Source: an uncultured Candidatus Saccharibacteria bacterium (lineage in GTDB: Bacteria > Patescibacteriota > Saccharimonadia > Saccharimonadales > UBA4665). From it: 64,000 bases of DNA. The notes below the pieces were generated by a model, which ran no database searches, had not been told where the DNA came from, and saw only the letters and a program-made list of their open reading frames with translations. The stretch is taken from positions 21,552-85,551 of the forward strand of contig CAZEMC010000007.1 of NCBI GenBank assembly GCA_964513385.1, written 5' to 3'. The number at the start of each line of letters is the position of its first letter. Position 1 is the stretch's first letter. Position numbers and translations under genes: made by a program. This document shows, one piece after another, positions 36,563 to 46,258 of the stretch.

Positions 36563-37648
36563 ATGCCGAAGCAATACTTTCAAAGACTCATGGACAAAGA
36601 CCTTACTCGTAAAGAGTTTATCGGACTCATCGGGTTGGCTGTCGCCACGCTGACTGGAATTACGGGGCTTATCAGGCAACTCGAATCCCACGCTGCTACG
36701 CCCACTGCGAGCATAGAACCGGAAAACGGCACCCTAAGCGGCGGTGCGGCAGCGGTGACCGATGCGACGGCGTCTGGCGGCAAGGCAGTCAAATTCAGCT
36801 CTGGGACAAGCACGGGAGGAGTGTCTGATGCGACTTTGAATGCGCTGATTGCGTCGGTACCGCCAACTACCGCCAGTCCTGCCCCGTCTGGCTCTACGGT
36901 CGGTCAGGCTGGGCAGTTCGACACGGGGACGCTTGCTACCAACGAAATCTGGGACAACTTTGACGGCACGACGCTCGACAGCCGTCTGTGGCAGCAAGAT
37001 ACCATCAACCAAGGTGGCACTCAAGTGTACCAAAGCGCGAATTTTGCGCTTGACGGTAACGGACATGCGGTTATGACGTGTACCAAGAGCGGCAGCACGA
37101 TTTATTCGGGGCGCTTTACATCTCGCCAGAAATTCAACATGAAGTATGGATGGCTCGCGTCTAGCATTAAAATGCCTATGTCAAAGAATGGTGTGGGTGG
37201 AGCTTGGTTTCCAGCCTTCTGGCTGCTGCTGGTCGGCTACAACACCAGTCCAAACTACTGCGAGATTGACATCATGGAGCAGTTTGGCAACTCTACTGAG
37301 TATTCAACGCACTTATACGCTTTCCAAACCGACTCCCCCGACAATAAGGAATCGTATGTCGATGTGCCTGCATCCCAAAGCAGCGACGCCAGCCAAGCTT
37401 ATCACACATACTGGATGCTATGGGAAGATAACCGCATCCGCATCGGTGTCGACCAGGTCCGGATGGGGGACTGGAAATCAACCGACTTTTCGGCCGGTAT
37501 CTGGGCAGCACACTTCCAGCAACCGATGTACTACATCTTTAACTTCGCAGCCGCGCCAGACTGGCTCCCCGCACCCAAAGCTTCCGACTTCCCCGCAACG
37601 ATGTCGGTCGACTGGGCCTGGTACAAACCCCTCTCCGCTATTTCGTAG
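36563..37648 (+). CDS. secreted glycoside hydrolase family 16 (beta-glucanase-like)
   Basis: Catalytic EIDIME motif. The N-terminal TRKEF leader and IEPENGTLSG module are shared with 32363-33856. Confidence 0.85.
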   Translation: MPKQYFQRLMDKDLTRKEFIGLIGLAVATLTGITGLIRQLESHAATPTASIEPENGTLSGGAAAVTDATASGGKAVKFSSGTSTGGVSDATLNALIASVPPTTASPAPSGSTVGQAGQFDTGTLATNEIWDNFDGTTLDSRLWQQDTINQGGTQVYQSANFALDGNGHAVMTCTKSGSTIYSGRFTSRQKFNMKYGWLASSIKMPMSKNGVGGAWFPAFWLLLVGYNTSPNYCEIDIMEQFGNSTEYSTHLYAFQTDSPDNKESYVDVPASQSSDASQAYHTYWMLWEDNRIRIGVDQVRMGDWKSTDFSAGIWAAHFQQPMYYIFNFAAAPDWLPAPKASDFPATMSVDWAWYKPLSAIS

Positions 37649-37797
37649 ACAGCGTGGCTGGATAAAATTCCTTGGACCGATATTTCAAGGGTACGCCTTG
37701 GTTCAAGGAGAATTTTCCCAAGACAGGGCTTTTTCTCAAGTGATTTCCAGGTTTATGGGTGACTTACTGTAACCCCAGCTCGCCATAAACACCCCAG

Positions 37798-37905
37798 TGA
37801 GCGCCGTCAGGCGCAAGCAAGCGTAAGCGAAGCCTTTAGGGGTGGGGGCTAGCTATGCCGGATTTATTCCGGCATAGCTAGCGGGGAGGGTAAACCCTCC
37901 CCTTA
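37798..37905 (+). repeat. modular V-element, copy B
   Basis: TGAGCGCCGTCAGGCGCAAGCAAGCGTAAGCGAAGCCTTTAGGGGTGGGG, then GCTAGCTATGCCGGA-TTTAT-TCCGGCATAGCTAGC, then GGGGAGGG-TAAA-CCCTCCCC. Confidence 0.7.
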
Positions 37906-37930
37906 TGAGCTCGGCGGTGATGCCGAGTTC

Positions 37931-38968
37931 ATGTTAATGTATACTACAAGCAATATGGATACAAATAACAACACACCCGACACGACACAAAGTAACCAGC
38001 CTGGGGCAGTACCGCCGCCCGAACCGCCCACGGTGCCAACGCCACCCGTTACTCCTCTTGCTCCTAGTCCCGTGCAGCCCATACCCGCCGCTCCCCCGCC
38101 GCCACCTCCACCTGCGCAGCCGGGTGATTTCCCGGGCCGCACGCTCGGTATAGTCGGCTTCGTGCTGGCGTTCTTTTTCCCGTTGGCCGGCCTGATTCTT
38201 AGCATCGTAGCTAGCAAAAAAGCCAAACAAGCCGGCGTCAAGTTTGGCCTCGCGACGGCAGGAATCATACTGAATGCTGTATTCTTGGCCTTAGGCGCAC
38301 TATTCTGGGCGCTAGTAATTGTCGCAGCCGTAAAGGGCGGACAAAATTGTGTCAGCTTCGGTGAAGGCCCTGCGGCGCACTGTACCAGCGACAGCCAAGG
38401 CGGCACGCAGACGGGCTCCAGTAGTACGGCTACCAAGACATATACCGCCTCGACTCTCTCTTTTCAGTATCCCGGCAACTGGACGCAGACCGATACGTCC
38501 AACGCGCACTACTTCGCTCCAGATGGCGCATACGATACTTACGACCTGTTTTACTCCCCGGCTACAATCGGTTCGGCGGATAAGCCTGCAGGTATAATTG
38601 TTTACTCAGTTCAGAAGGCCGAAGGCTCTGCGTCCGCTTCGACTATTCACGCTACCGCAGTCGCGGCCATGAAAGCCAATGTCGAGAAGATGAAGACATG
38701 GGACGGCAACGGCCGCGATACCGGCCATGGGTGTGCGTCGAACTGGAAGCTGACGGAGGGCCCGACGTATCAGGAAAAGGACCAACTCGTCGGCATGACC
38801 TATAGCTACACTTGCAAGAGCCCGTACGACGGACAGATACATGGAAGCTCCGGTGTATGGTATGACCAGTACGGTTCGACAAACCGGCTGGATGTGACCG
38901 CGGTCGACAGTTACTACAACGCGAATTCGCAGGCGATTAACGCCATCGTCCCCTCGGTTCACCAATAG
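37931..38968 (+). CDS. DUF4190-like membrane protein with a proline-rich N-terminus and an extracellular C-terminal domain
   Basis: P-rich tract, then GIVGFVLAFFFPLAGLILSIVASKKAK and GLATAGIILN. Confidence 0.7.
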   Translation: MLMYTTSNMDTNNNTPDTTQSNQPGAVPPPEPPTVPTPPVTPLAPSPVQPIPAAPPPPPPPAQPGDFPGRTLGIVGFVLAFFFPLAGLILSIVASKKAKQAGVKFGLATAGIILNAVFLALGALFWALVIVAAVKGGQNCVSFGEGPAAHCTSDSQGGTQTGSSSTATKTYTASTLSFQYPGNWTQTDTSNAHYFAPDGAYDTYDLFYSPATIGSADKPAGIIVYSVQKAEGSASASTIHATAVAAMKANVEKMKTWDGNGRDTGHGCASNWKLTEGPTYQEKDQLVGMTYSYTCKSPYDGQIHGSSGVWYDQYGSTNRLDVTAVDSYYNANSQAINAIVPSVHQ

Positions 38969-38982
38969 TCTCTTGGTTGGCC

Positions 38983-39624
38983 TTATGCGGGGGTGACGGT
39001 TGCGAGGATTGTCGCTATCATAATCAGTAAAATGCTGATAACTATCGAGACTACGACGATTTGAGAGGTCATGTATTTATCGGTCCGAATCCGTATGGCA
39101 ACCCCACGGGATTGCAAGTAAGCAGCCCACCGGTACGCCGCGTAGAACGATATACGCTGGGCTTTTGTCATGGAGTAAGCGCCCGAGATTTCACCTATCG
39201 CCCCCAGAATGTCACCAGAACTACTACCGCCCATGCTCGAAGCGGTCGCAATGACATTTGAGCCGATATATACATTCAAACCGCCGAGTGCTTGGTCGTG
39301 CTCCCGCTCGCCAGTCTTCCCGGCCAGCTCCGCCCTCTGTAGTTGGGTGAACTTTCCAGCATTCCCGGGCACGTATGCGCCCGTGAGGAAGCGGTATTTC
39401 TGGCCGGTGCTCCGAATGTGTATGGTGAGGGTCGCATAAATACTGAGCTTGGCTTCGACATCAGAGATGTCGGCGTTGAAAAGTTCGGCCTTGGCCGTTC
39501 GGAACCGCAGGTTGCGGCCTTCGAGCGTCATGATGCCCGGTGTGGATTTGATGCCTTTGCGCCAATATATGCCGGCTTTTCCTATGTCTGTGGGTGTTGG
39601 TTGGGTTCCGCTAGTCGGTTGCAT
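38983..39624 (-). CDS. hypothetical C-terminally anchored protein (213 aa)
   Basis: ORF track. A single C-terminal TM segment (IVVVSIVISILLIMIATILATV). Confidence 0.55.
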   Translation of the reverse strand: MQPTSGTQPTPTDIGKAGIYWRKGIKSTPGIMTLEGRNLRFRTAKAELFNADISDVEAKLSIYATLTIHIRSTGQKYRFLTGAYVPGNAGKFTQLQRAELAGKTGEREHDQALGGLNVYIGSNVIATASSMGGSSSGDILGAIGEISGAYSMTKAQRISFYAAYRWAAYLQSRGVAIRIRTDKYMTSQIVVVSIVISILLIMIATILATVTPA

Positions 39625-39734
39625 GGCCCTAGTATAGCGTATCGGAGCAGATGCGTGGTGCCTATGTATAGTAGCTGGGTGTCACGGGCTTCCTGCCCTA
39701 TGGTGTTGCAGAACGCTTTTGGTATACTGCAGGT

Positions 39735-40352
39735 GTGCACGCAACACAAACACTGCTTGGTCAAATCGCTGCTCTGTTTGCCATCGTGCAGGTCGTTCCG
39801 TATGTCCGCAGTATATTGAAAGGAAAAACCCGTCCGTCCCGCACCAGCTACGGCATATGGGCGGTGGTAGATACCATCGGCGCCATAGGTTATGTAAACG
39901 CTGGTGCGACCACGACGGCATGGGTCATGATTGTGTTGGCTATAAATGCTATCGGCATCTATGCACTTTCGCTAAAATATGGCATGCGCGGACATACGAA
40001 GGTTGATGTTCCTTGTCTGATTATCGCCGGCCTGGCTGTCGCCGTGTGGCTGGCGACGAACAATCCGGCGCTCGCGGTGTATATGAGTGCGCTCGCCGGG
40101 TTCTTGGGCTACTTGCCGACCATCCGCAAATCGTACCTGTGGCCGCACAGCGAAAGCACCTTGTCGTGGAGTATGTATGCAGTCGCGGCCGCGCTGAACA
40201 TGTGCGCCCTGACCCAACTTTCGCCAGCTATCATCTTGCTGCCTTTTCTGAGTTTGTGCATGGCATTTACTGTCGCGGGCCTGCTAGTCTTCCCTCGCTG
40301 GAAATTCCGTGGCCGTCGTCGCTTCCGTTCTGCTATCCCGGCGCACCTATGA
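39735..40352 (+). CDS. multi-pass membrane protein, function unknown
   Basis: ORF track. About 6 hydrophobic segments. Confidence 0.6.
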   Translation: MHATQTLLGQIAALFAIVQVVPYVRSILKGKTRPSRTSYGIWAVVDTIGAIGYVNAGATTTAWVMIVLAINAIGIYALSLKYGMRGHTKVDVPCLIIAGLAVAVWLATNNPALAVYMSALAGFLGYLPTIRKSYLWPHSESTLSWSMYAVAAALNMCALTQLSPAIILLPFLSLCMAFTVAGLLVFPRWKFRGRRRFRSAIPAHL

Positions 40353-40407
40353 TGGTTACTGGTTTGTGGGCTATGATTAGGCTATGACACAGCGGAATCG
40401 GCATGTA

Positions 40408-40573
40408 GTGAACCCATCGCAAAACCCCATTCCGGCCAAAACCCGCAGTCTTGCACGCTGGAGCGCTCAGGCCACTCGTCGCGGTAACTACGGTTACGCC
40501 TCCTCCCGTCCTGAACACTCCAGCCCACAATCTGCAGGTTTTGACTCGAAAGCGGGTTTCGCAATGGGTTCAC
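40408..40573 (+). repeat. 165-nt rod-like hairpin element, copy 1
   Basis: Terminal stem GTGAACCCATCGCAAAACCC / GGGTTTCGCAATGGGTTCAC. Internal helices AAACCCGCAG/CTGCAGGTTT, CTGGAG/CTCCAG and GTAAC/GTTAC. Homologous to 56384-56548 in the opposite orientation. Confidence 0.75.
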
Positions 40574-41352
40574 TGCAAAGACTGGGGCGGTTGCCTGGTG
40601 GAAATTTCTGGGTGTTTGCGGTAACGCAAGCCTGGGCTGGGCTGTTCGGTTTGCTCCTGCTTGGCGCTGTGTGGGTGACGCAGTCTGTCACGTTGCCTTG
40701 GTTCGGGCGGTATGATTGGCTGCTTATCTTCGCCGTGATGATTCAGGCGATTATGCTGCTGGCGCGGCTACAAAAGCCGACCGAGCTTCTTATCGTGGCC
40801 GTATTCTATCTGCTCGGGCTTGGTATAGAGGTATTCCAGACGTCAAGCGCCGTGCAGGCTTGGGCGTATCCAGACTCGGGTTCGTTAGTGCTCGGCAATG
40901 CGCCGCTGTTCGCAGGGTTCCTGTACGCGGCTATCGGTAGCTACATCTTCCGGTTGTGGCGCATCACGCGGATGGAGTTTACGAACTATCCTCGCCAACG
41001 ATATGCTGCGCTGCTTGCGCTTGCGATATACATCAATTTCTTTACCGCGCACGTCCTATACGATGTAAGCTACCTGCTACTTCTTGCAGCTCTCATTCTT
41101 TTCTGGCGGACACGTGCGTCGTATGTAAACAACGGTAAAAAGCGTCATATGCCATTCCTCTTGCCAGTACTTATCGCTCCCCTGCTGATACTGCTTGCTG
41201 AAAAATTCGCTGCCTTTGCACAGCTCTGGGTCTACACCGAAGAACCGAACTCACTGAGCAAAATCCTCACCTGGCTCCTCCTTCTGCTCTTCAGCTGCAT
41301 TATCGTCGACCTGCTCCGTTCTCATAGCGGTCCAAGCAGCACGACTAGATAA
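40564..41352 (+). CDS. DUF817 family membrane protein
   Basis: Typical DUF817-like TM pattern (FAVTQAWAGLFGLLLLG...YDWLLIFAVMIQ). ATG 40564 lies inside the right arm of the rod element. Confidence 0.7.
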   Translation: MGSLQRLGRLPGGNFWVFAVTQAWAGLFGLLLLGAVWVTQSVTLPWFGRYDWLLIFAVMIQAIMLLARLQKPTELLIVAVFYLLGLGIEVFQTSSAVQAWAYPDSGSLVLGNAPLFAGFLYAAIGSYIFRLWRITRMEFTNYPRQRYAALLALAIYINFFTAHVLYDVSYLLLLAALILFWRTRASYVNNGKKRHMPFLLPVLIAPLLILLAEKFAAFAQLWVYTEEPNSLSKILTWLLLLLFSCIIVDLLRSHSGPSSTTR

Positions 41353-41394
41353 TTCCTGTGCTCCGTTGACGCCCGGGCGTATACTATAAACACT

Positions 41395-42969
41395 ATGACG
41401 ATGACGCCCGAACGCTTGGGCATAGAGTCCGTAGACCAAGCCCCTGCGGTTGCCGAAACAAACACAGTTGTAGACCCATGTGCCGTATCCCGAAGAGGGT
41501 TGCTTCGTAGATTTCTAAGCGGCCCAGCTTCAAGCAACGTGGTAGATATGGCGGATGAGGTGCTTGAGCTACCGGAACCTGCAGAAGAAATTTGCCCCGA
41601 AGACCCGACCATAACCGAGCTCAGTGAGCGTTACCAACAAGCGGTGTTGGCTGCATTTGCACGCACTTGTGACATTGACCCGGGGCAGACGGCCGCAAAG
41701 CAGAACTACGTCGTAGACCGTGTCTTGGTCGCACAGTTGGACCGAGAAGGGGACGGTATGGCGGAGGTTATCGCAGGACGACATGGAGTAACTAGGCGCC
41801 AAGCTTTACGATTTATTAGAAACACGGCAATCACAGTGGGCTCTGTGGCGGCCACCGCAAAGTTGGCACTGACTTTCGACCAATATGCCAGCCTGCTGGT
41901 CTGGGGTGAAAACAACCCCGATACTTATCCGGACATCAAAGACGTCACCCCGCCGGAAGTTGTCGCCACAAGCCCCACGCATGGCACCTTTGTGTTCGGC
42001 GGGTTCGGGGTCAAGGACGCTTCGCCGATTGCCGAAGCGCTTTCCGAGTCGCTGGCGACTCAGGGGCGAGCGTTCGGCATCAACTACGACAACATCGTCG
42101 GTATACAGATTTCGCACCTGGCGCAGGTGGTCAGCCGGCAAATTACCGAAAAAGGGCTCACCGAAGTTTCGTTCTACGGCCACAGTATGGGTGGTGATGT
42201 GTCGCTGCGTGTCGCGGCAGAGGTCTTAAAGCTTCACCCGGAGGTCCAATTGCGCAATGTGACTATAGACTGTACGCCGGACGGATTCAATTCGGTTCGT
42301 AGCCAAAGTAAGAACCAAGTCGGACTCGTGAAAAAGATTATGGCGGATTTAAACGTCGAAGATGGCGGCCCCGGCACCCGTGTGCTCGTAGAACTGCCGA
42401 ACTCTCCAAATGCCGACTTCGTTTCGTTCTCTCCCCGCCCGCCATATATTGATGCTTCGCGGCTGTTTGACCGGATACGGGTGCTAAAGGACGAAAAGCT
42501 GAACACCTTTGCCGCATCGAACAGACTGGTGATACAGCAGATGGATACCATTATTTCTACAGACATCCGGGCGACCTTCGCAGAACTGCACGAACTCACG
42601 AAACACCAACTGTTCGCTCCGGTAGTCACTATGTTCCGTCCCCGTGATGGTAGCAAAGATAGGACAGTGGATGTCGATCAGGCAGAGCAGAATTTCCGGG
42701 ACGCAGCCGCCGAAGTCGGCCTGAATTTCGCAACACATATGTTGGATGGCGACGATGTACACCACGCCGACCCGAGAGCGCTCAGCGGCATCTATAACCA
42801 AGGGCTATCCGCGATGTTCTGCTCGCAGGCCGAAAGCAGACGCATGCAGCTCGAAGCCCTTCGGGAAGAGCGGCTACTGGCATATCTCGCTATACTGAGC
42901 GTCATGGCAAAGAGAAAGAAACAGGCCGAACTGCAAAACCTGGCGCTACAGGCGCCCGGCCCACGTTAA
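41395..42969 (+). CDS. alpha/beta hydrolase (GHSMGG nucleophile elbow) with a long N-terminal region
   Basis: YGHSMGGDVS motif. Two twin-arginine-like motifs (SRRGLLRRFL, TRRQALRFI). The true start may be the internal M122 (41758). Confidence 0.65.
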   Translation: MTMTPERLGIESVDQAPAVAETNTVVDPCAVSRRGLLRRFLSGPASSNVVDMADEVLELPEPAEEICPEDPTITELSERYQQAVLAAFARTCDIDPGQTAAKQNYVVDRVLVAQLDREGDGMAEVIAGRHGVTRRQALRFIRNTAITVGSVAATAKLALTFDQYASLLVWGENNPDTYPDIKDVTPPEVVATSPTHGTFVFGGFGVKDASPIAEALSESLATQGRAFGINYDNIVGIQISHLAQVVSRQITEKGLTEVSFYGHSMGGDVSLRVAAEVLKLHPEVQLRNVTIDCTPDGFNSVRSQSKNQVGLVKKIMADLNVEDGGPGTRVLVELPNSPNADFVSFSPRPPYIDASRLFDRIRVLKDEKLNTFAASNRLVIQQMDTIISTDIRATFAELHELTKHQLFAPVVTMFRPRDGSKDRTVDVDQAEQNFRDAAAEVGLNFATHMLDGDDVHHADPRALSGIYNQGLSAMFCSQAESRRMQLEALREERLLAYLAILSVMAKRKKQAELQNLALQAPGPR

Positions 42970-43829
42970 ACCACTTGGATTTCGGTGGCGTCGAGGAAGT
43001 CTTCTATAGAACCGGGCAGCTTGCGGTCTTTGTGCCAGAAGGCGTATATGGGGCGGTAGAGCGGCTTGCGCAGGTCTATTTCCGCCAATTTGCCGCCGAT
43101 GTGCTGCCCCGCAAAGGCCAGTGGCAGCGCAGTAATGCCTTTGCCTTGTTGCGCTAACCCGGCCAACACTGACGGGTTGGTCGAGTATAATGTAGGTTCC
43201 GTGACGATGCGGTTTTGCCCCAGTTGGCTTTCGAGCAGGCGGTAGGTCGTCGATTCGTGGTTGTAGGCCAGGAAGTTGTGGAGCGTGCCTGCTTTTGCCT
43301 CGACTGCATACTGCTCGGCTTCGGACTTGCGGCAGACGAGTGCGAACTTTTCATCGCCAAGGAACCGCTCGGTGTAGTCGGGCAAGCGTTGTGACTGCTC
43401 GACTATGATAGCCATGTCCAGCCTGCCCTGTTTTAGCTCTTCGAGAAGTACGGCGGAGTTCTGTACTATAAGCGAGACTTCGGAGTCCGCTTCGAGTATC
43501 GGCAGCAGCTTTGCTTGCACCATAGTGAGTGCGATGCTGTCTATGCAGCCGAGGACGAACGGTTGTTTCTTTCCTGCTAGCGCTCCAAGTTCGGACTGCA
43601 GATTTTGTTCTTCTCGGAGAAGCTGCTGACCGTGCGCGTAGACTACTTCACCTTCCCTGGTCATCTGAAGTGTACGCGAACCCCGTACCAGGAGGGGTGA
43701 TTTGATTTCCCGTTCTAGCTTCTGTACGGCGGTCGTAAGAGCCGGCTGCGAAGTGTGGAGCTGCTTCGCGGCGGCGGTGTAGGTGCCGGCGTCGATGAGG
43801 GTTACGAATTTCTTTATGCGGTCTTCCAT
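42966..43829 (-). CDS. LysR family transcriptional regulator
   Basis: N-terminal HTH (TYTAAAKQLHTSQPALTTAVQKLE) plus a LysR substrate-binding domain. Divergent from ino1. Confidence 0.9.
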   Translation of the reverse strand: MEDRIKKFVTLIDAGTYTAAAKQLHTSQPALTTAVQKLEREIKSPLLVRGSRTLQMTREGEVVYAHGQQLLREEQNLQSELGALAGKKQPFVLGCIDSIALTMVQAKLLPILEADSEVSLIVQNSAVLLEELKQGRLDMAIIVEQSQRLPDYTERFLGDEKFALVCRKSEAEQYAVEAKAGTLHNFLAYNHESTTYRLLESQLGQNRIVTEPTLYSTNPSVLAGLAQQGKGITALPLAFAGQHIGGKLAEIDLRKPLYRPIYAFWHKDRKLPGSIEDFLDATEIQVV

Positions 43830-43838
43830 ACTATCGGT

Positions 43839-43955
43839 AACTAGGAATTAGCAATTTGCAACTGGCAGGCGTATTGACACGGAGAGCTGGCGATAGCTGC
43901 GCTAAACTTTACATATCGTGTAGCGGCTAGTTTCTAGTTCCCAGTTGCTAGTTGC
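43839..43955. repeat. complementary word tracts (AACTAG/GCAACT vs CTAGTT/AGTTGC)
   Basis: GCAACTGG (43858-43865) pairs with CCAGTTGC (43941-43948). AACTAG (43839-43844) pairs with CTAGTT (43948-43953). Lies in the lysR/ino1 divergent region. Confidence 0.5.
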
Positions 43956-44072
43956 TGATGGCTAGATTTCTCACTATAACATTTACCTATACATATATAA
44001 CACAAATATATTTGAAAACTATAAGCTTGTTACTGTATGCTTGCCTGGTAACAAGTGGAGGTGTGAAGGCTC

Positions 44073-45173
44073 ATGGCAAAAGAAAAAGAAATTCGTGTGG
44101 CGATAGTGGGTGTTGGTAACTGTGCTTCGTCGCTGGTGCAAGGTATCGAGTACTATAAAGATGCGAAGGATGACGAATTCATCCCCGGTGTCATGCATAC
44201 TCGTTTTGGCGGCTACCACATTCGCGACATCAAAGTCGTTGCGGCGTTTGATGTGAACAGCAACAAAGTCGGCCAAGATGTAGCTGACGCCATTTACGCA
44301 GCGCCAAATAACACGGTAGTATTCGCTAAAGTACCAAAAACCGGCGTCAAAGTATCTCGTGGGCCACGTCTGGACGGTGTCAATAAGTACACCGAAGTCC
44401 TCGTGCCGGTCGATGACAAACAGAAAGCGGTCGACGTCGTACAGGTTCTAAAAGATGCCAAAGTCGATGCAGTTATAAACTACCTGCCCGTCGGCTCGCA
44501 AGAGGCTACTGAATTCTATGCCCAGGCAGCCATCGACGCTGGCGCAGGTTTTGTAAACTGTATTCCAGTATTCATCGCCAGCACACCGAAGTGGGCGAAG
44601 AAGTTCGAAGATGCCGGCCTCCCGGTCATCGGCGACGACATCAAAGCCCAAGTCGGCGCGACTATAACCCACCGCACACTCGTGAACCTCTTCTTGGACC
44701 GCGGCATGAAGATAGATCGTACGTACCAGCTAAACACCGGTGGTAACACCGACTTTCTGAACATGTTGGAACGTGACCGCCTGAAATATAAAAAGATTTC
44801 GAAGACTGAAGCGGTGACTTCGCAAATCGAGGCTCGCGGCCAAACCATCGCCGACGAAAACGTCCATGTCGGCCCCAGCGACTACGTGCCCTGGCAGAAA
44901 GACAAGAAAATCTGCTTCCTGCGCATAGAAAGCAAGCACTTTGGTGATGTTCCGATGAACCTCGAACTGCGCCTTGAAGTGGAAGATTCGCCGAACTCAG
45001 CTGGTGTTGCCATCGACAGCATACGCTGCCTGAAGCTCGCCAAAGACCATGGGCTCAAGGGCGCCATCATCGAACCGGCTGCCTACTTCCAAAAGCACCC
45101 GCCAAAGCAAATCGAAGACCGTACCGCCCGCCAGCTCGTCGAAGACTTCATCGAAGCCAACAAAGCCGTCTAG
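44073..45173 (+). CDS. ino1: myo-inositol-1-phosphate synthase
   Basis: [23 protein letters not shown] and a typical bacterial/archaeal MIPS layout over the full length. Confidence 0.9.
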   Translation: MAKEKEIRVAIVGVGNCASSLVQGIEYYKDAKDDEFIPGVMHTRFGGYHIRDIKVVAAFDVNSNKVGQDVADAIYAAPNNTVVFAKVPKTGVKVSRGPRLDGVNKYTEVLVPVDDKQKAVDVVQVLKDAKVDAVINYLPVGSQEATEFYAQAAIDAGAGFVNCIPVFIASTPKWAKKFEDAGLPVIGDDIKAQVGATITHRTLVNLFLDRGMKIDRTYQLNTGGNTDFLNMLERDRLKYKKISKTEAVTSQIEARGQTIADENVHVGPSDYVPWQKDKKICFLRIESKHFGDVPMNLELRLEVEDSPNSAGVAIDSIRCLKLAKDHGLKGAIIEPAAYFQKHPPKQIEDRTARQLVEDFIEANKAV

Positions 45174-45205
45174 TTCGCACACCAGGCCGCTGCTATAGTA
45201 CTGTC

Positions 45206-46258
45206 ATGGATATTGCTCGGGAGCGGCTTTTGGCGCAGGGGATTTTGGAACCGCGGACAGATGATGTGGCGGAGATTGTGCGGCGTTTGGGGGCGATGCA
45301 GGCGCAGGATTATGCGGGGGCGCTTTGGTCGATTGGGCTCAGGATGAAACATCCGAGCTTGAAGGCAGTCGAGAAAGCGATTGGGGATAGGAAAATCGTG
45401 CGGACGTGGCCGATGCGGGGTACGCTGCATTTTCTGGCTGCCGAAGATGTGCACTGGATACTCAAACTCCTGGCGCCACGGGCCACGCAGGTCGCCAAGA
45501 GCCGGCGGATAAACCAGTTGGGGCTGACCGATGCGGTGGTGGACGAGGCCGAAAAAGCGCTGCGGGCCGTGCTGAAAGGCGGTAAAAGCATTCAGCGCAA
45601 CCACGTCGCTTCGCTGCTAGCTGCCAAAGTCAAAGGTCTCAAGATAGACAATCAGCACACGCAGCACCTCATGCGGAACTTCGGCGAGCGCGGCATCATC
45701 TGCTTCGGCCCGCACGAAGGCAAACAGCCCACGTTTGTGCTACTGGATGAATGGGTCAAGCCGGGGCCGAAGAAGGACCGTGACGAAGCCCTGAAAGAAC
45801 TGGCGCTCCGCTATTTCACCAGTCACGGTCCGGCTACCCTGAAAGACTTCGCTGGCTGGGGTTTTATGACCATGCGTGACGCGAAAAATGCCCTAGAACT
45901 GGCTAGGCTAGAGCTGCAAGAGACAGTAGTATCCGACACTGCTTACTACCGTGCGCCCACCCTAGGGCCTGTAGATGTGTCAAGCGCGTTCCTGCTGCCC
46001 GGATTCGATGAATATCTGCTAGGGTACAAAGACCGCTCAGCTGTTCTCGCCCCCGAACACGCCGGCAAAATCGTCCCTGGCGGCAACGGCATGTTCCTCC
46101 CTACATTGGTGCGGAACGGCCAGGTCATTGGTACCTGGAAACGGTACGTAAAAAGGTCTGGCGTGAGTATAGACTACCTGCCTTTCGAAGTGAAGCGTTT
46201 TGATGAAGGGCTTTTCATGCCAGCCGCAGAGCGGTACCAGAACTTCCTGAGTACTTAG
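45206..46258 (+). CDS. winged-helix DNA glycosylase-like protein (AlkZ/YcaQ, DUF1006)
   Basis: LGAMQAQDYAGALWSIGLR and RTWPMRGTLHF motifs. Confidence 0.75.
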   Translation: MDIARERLLAQGILEPRTDDVAEIVRRLGAMQAQDYAGALWSIGLRMKHPSLKAVEKAIGDRKIVRTWPMRGTLHFLAAEDVHWILKLLAPRATQVAKSRRINQLGLTDAVVDEAEKALRAVLKGGKSIQRNHVASLLAAKVKGLKIDNQHTQHLMRNFGERGIICFGPHEGKQPTFVLLDEWVKPGPKKDRDEALKELALRYFTSHGPATLKDFAGWGFMTMRDAKNALELARLELQETVVSDTAYYRAPTLGPVDVSSAFLLPGFDEYLLGYKDRSAVLAPEHAGKIVPGGNGMFLPTLVRNGQVIGTWKRYVKRSGVSIDYLPFEVKRFDEGLFMPAAERYQNFLST

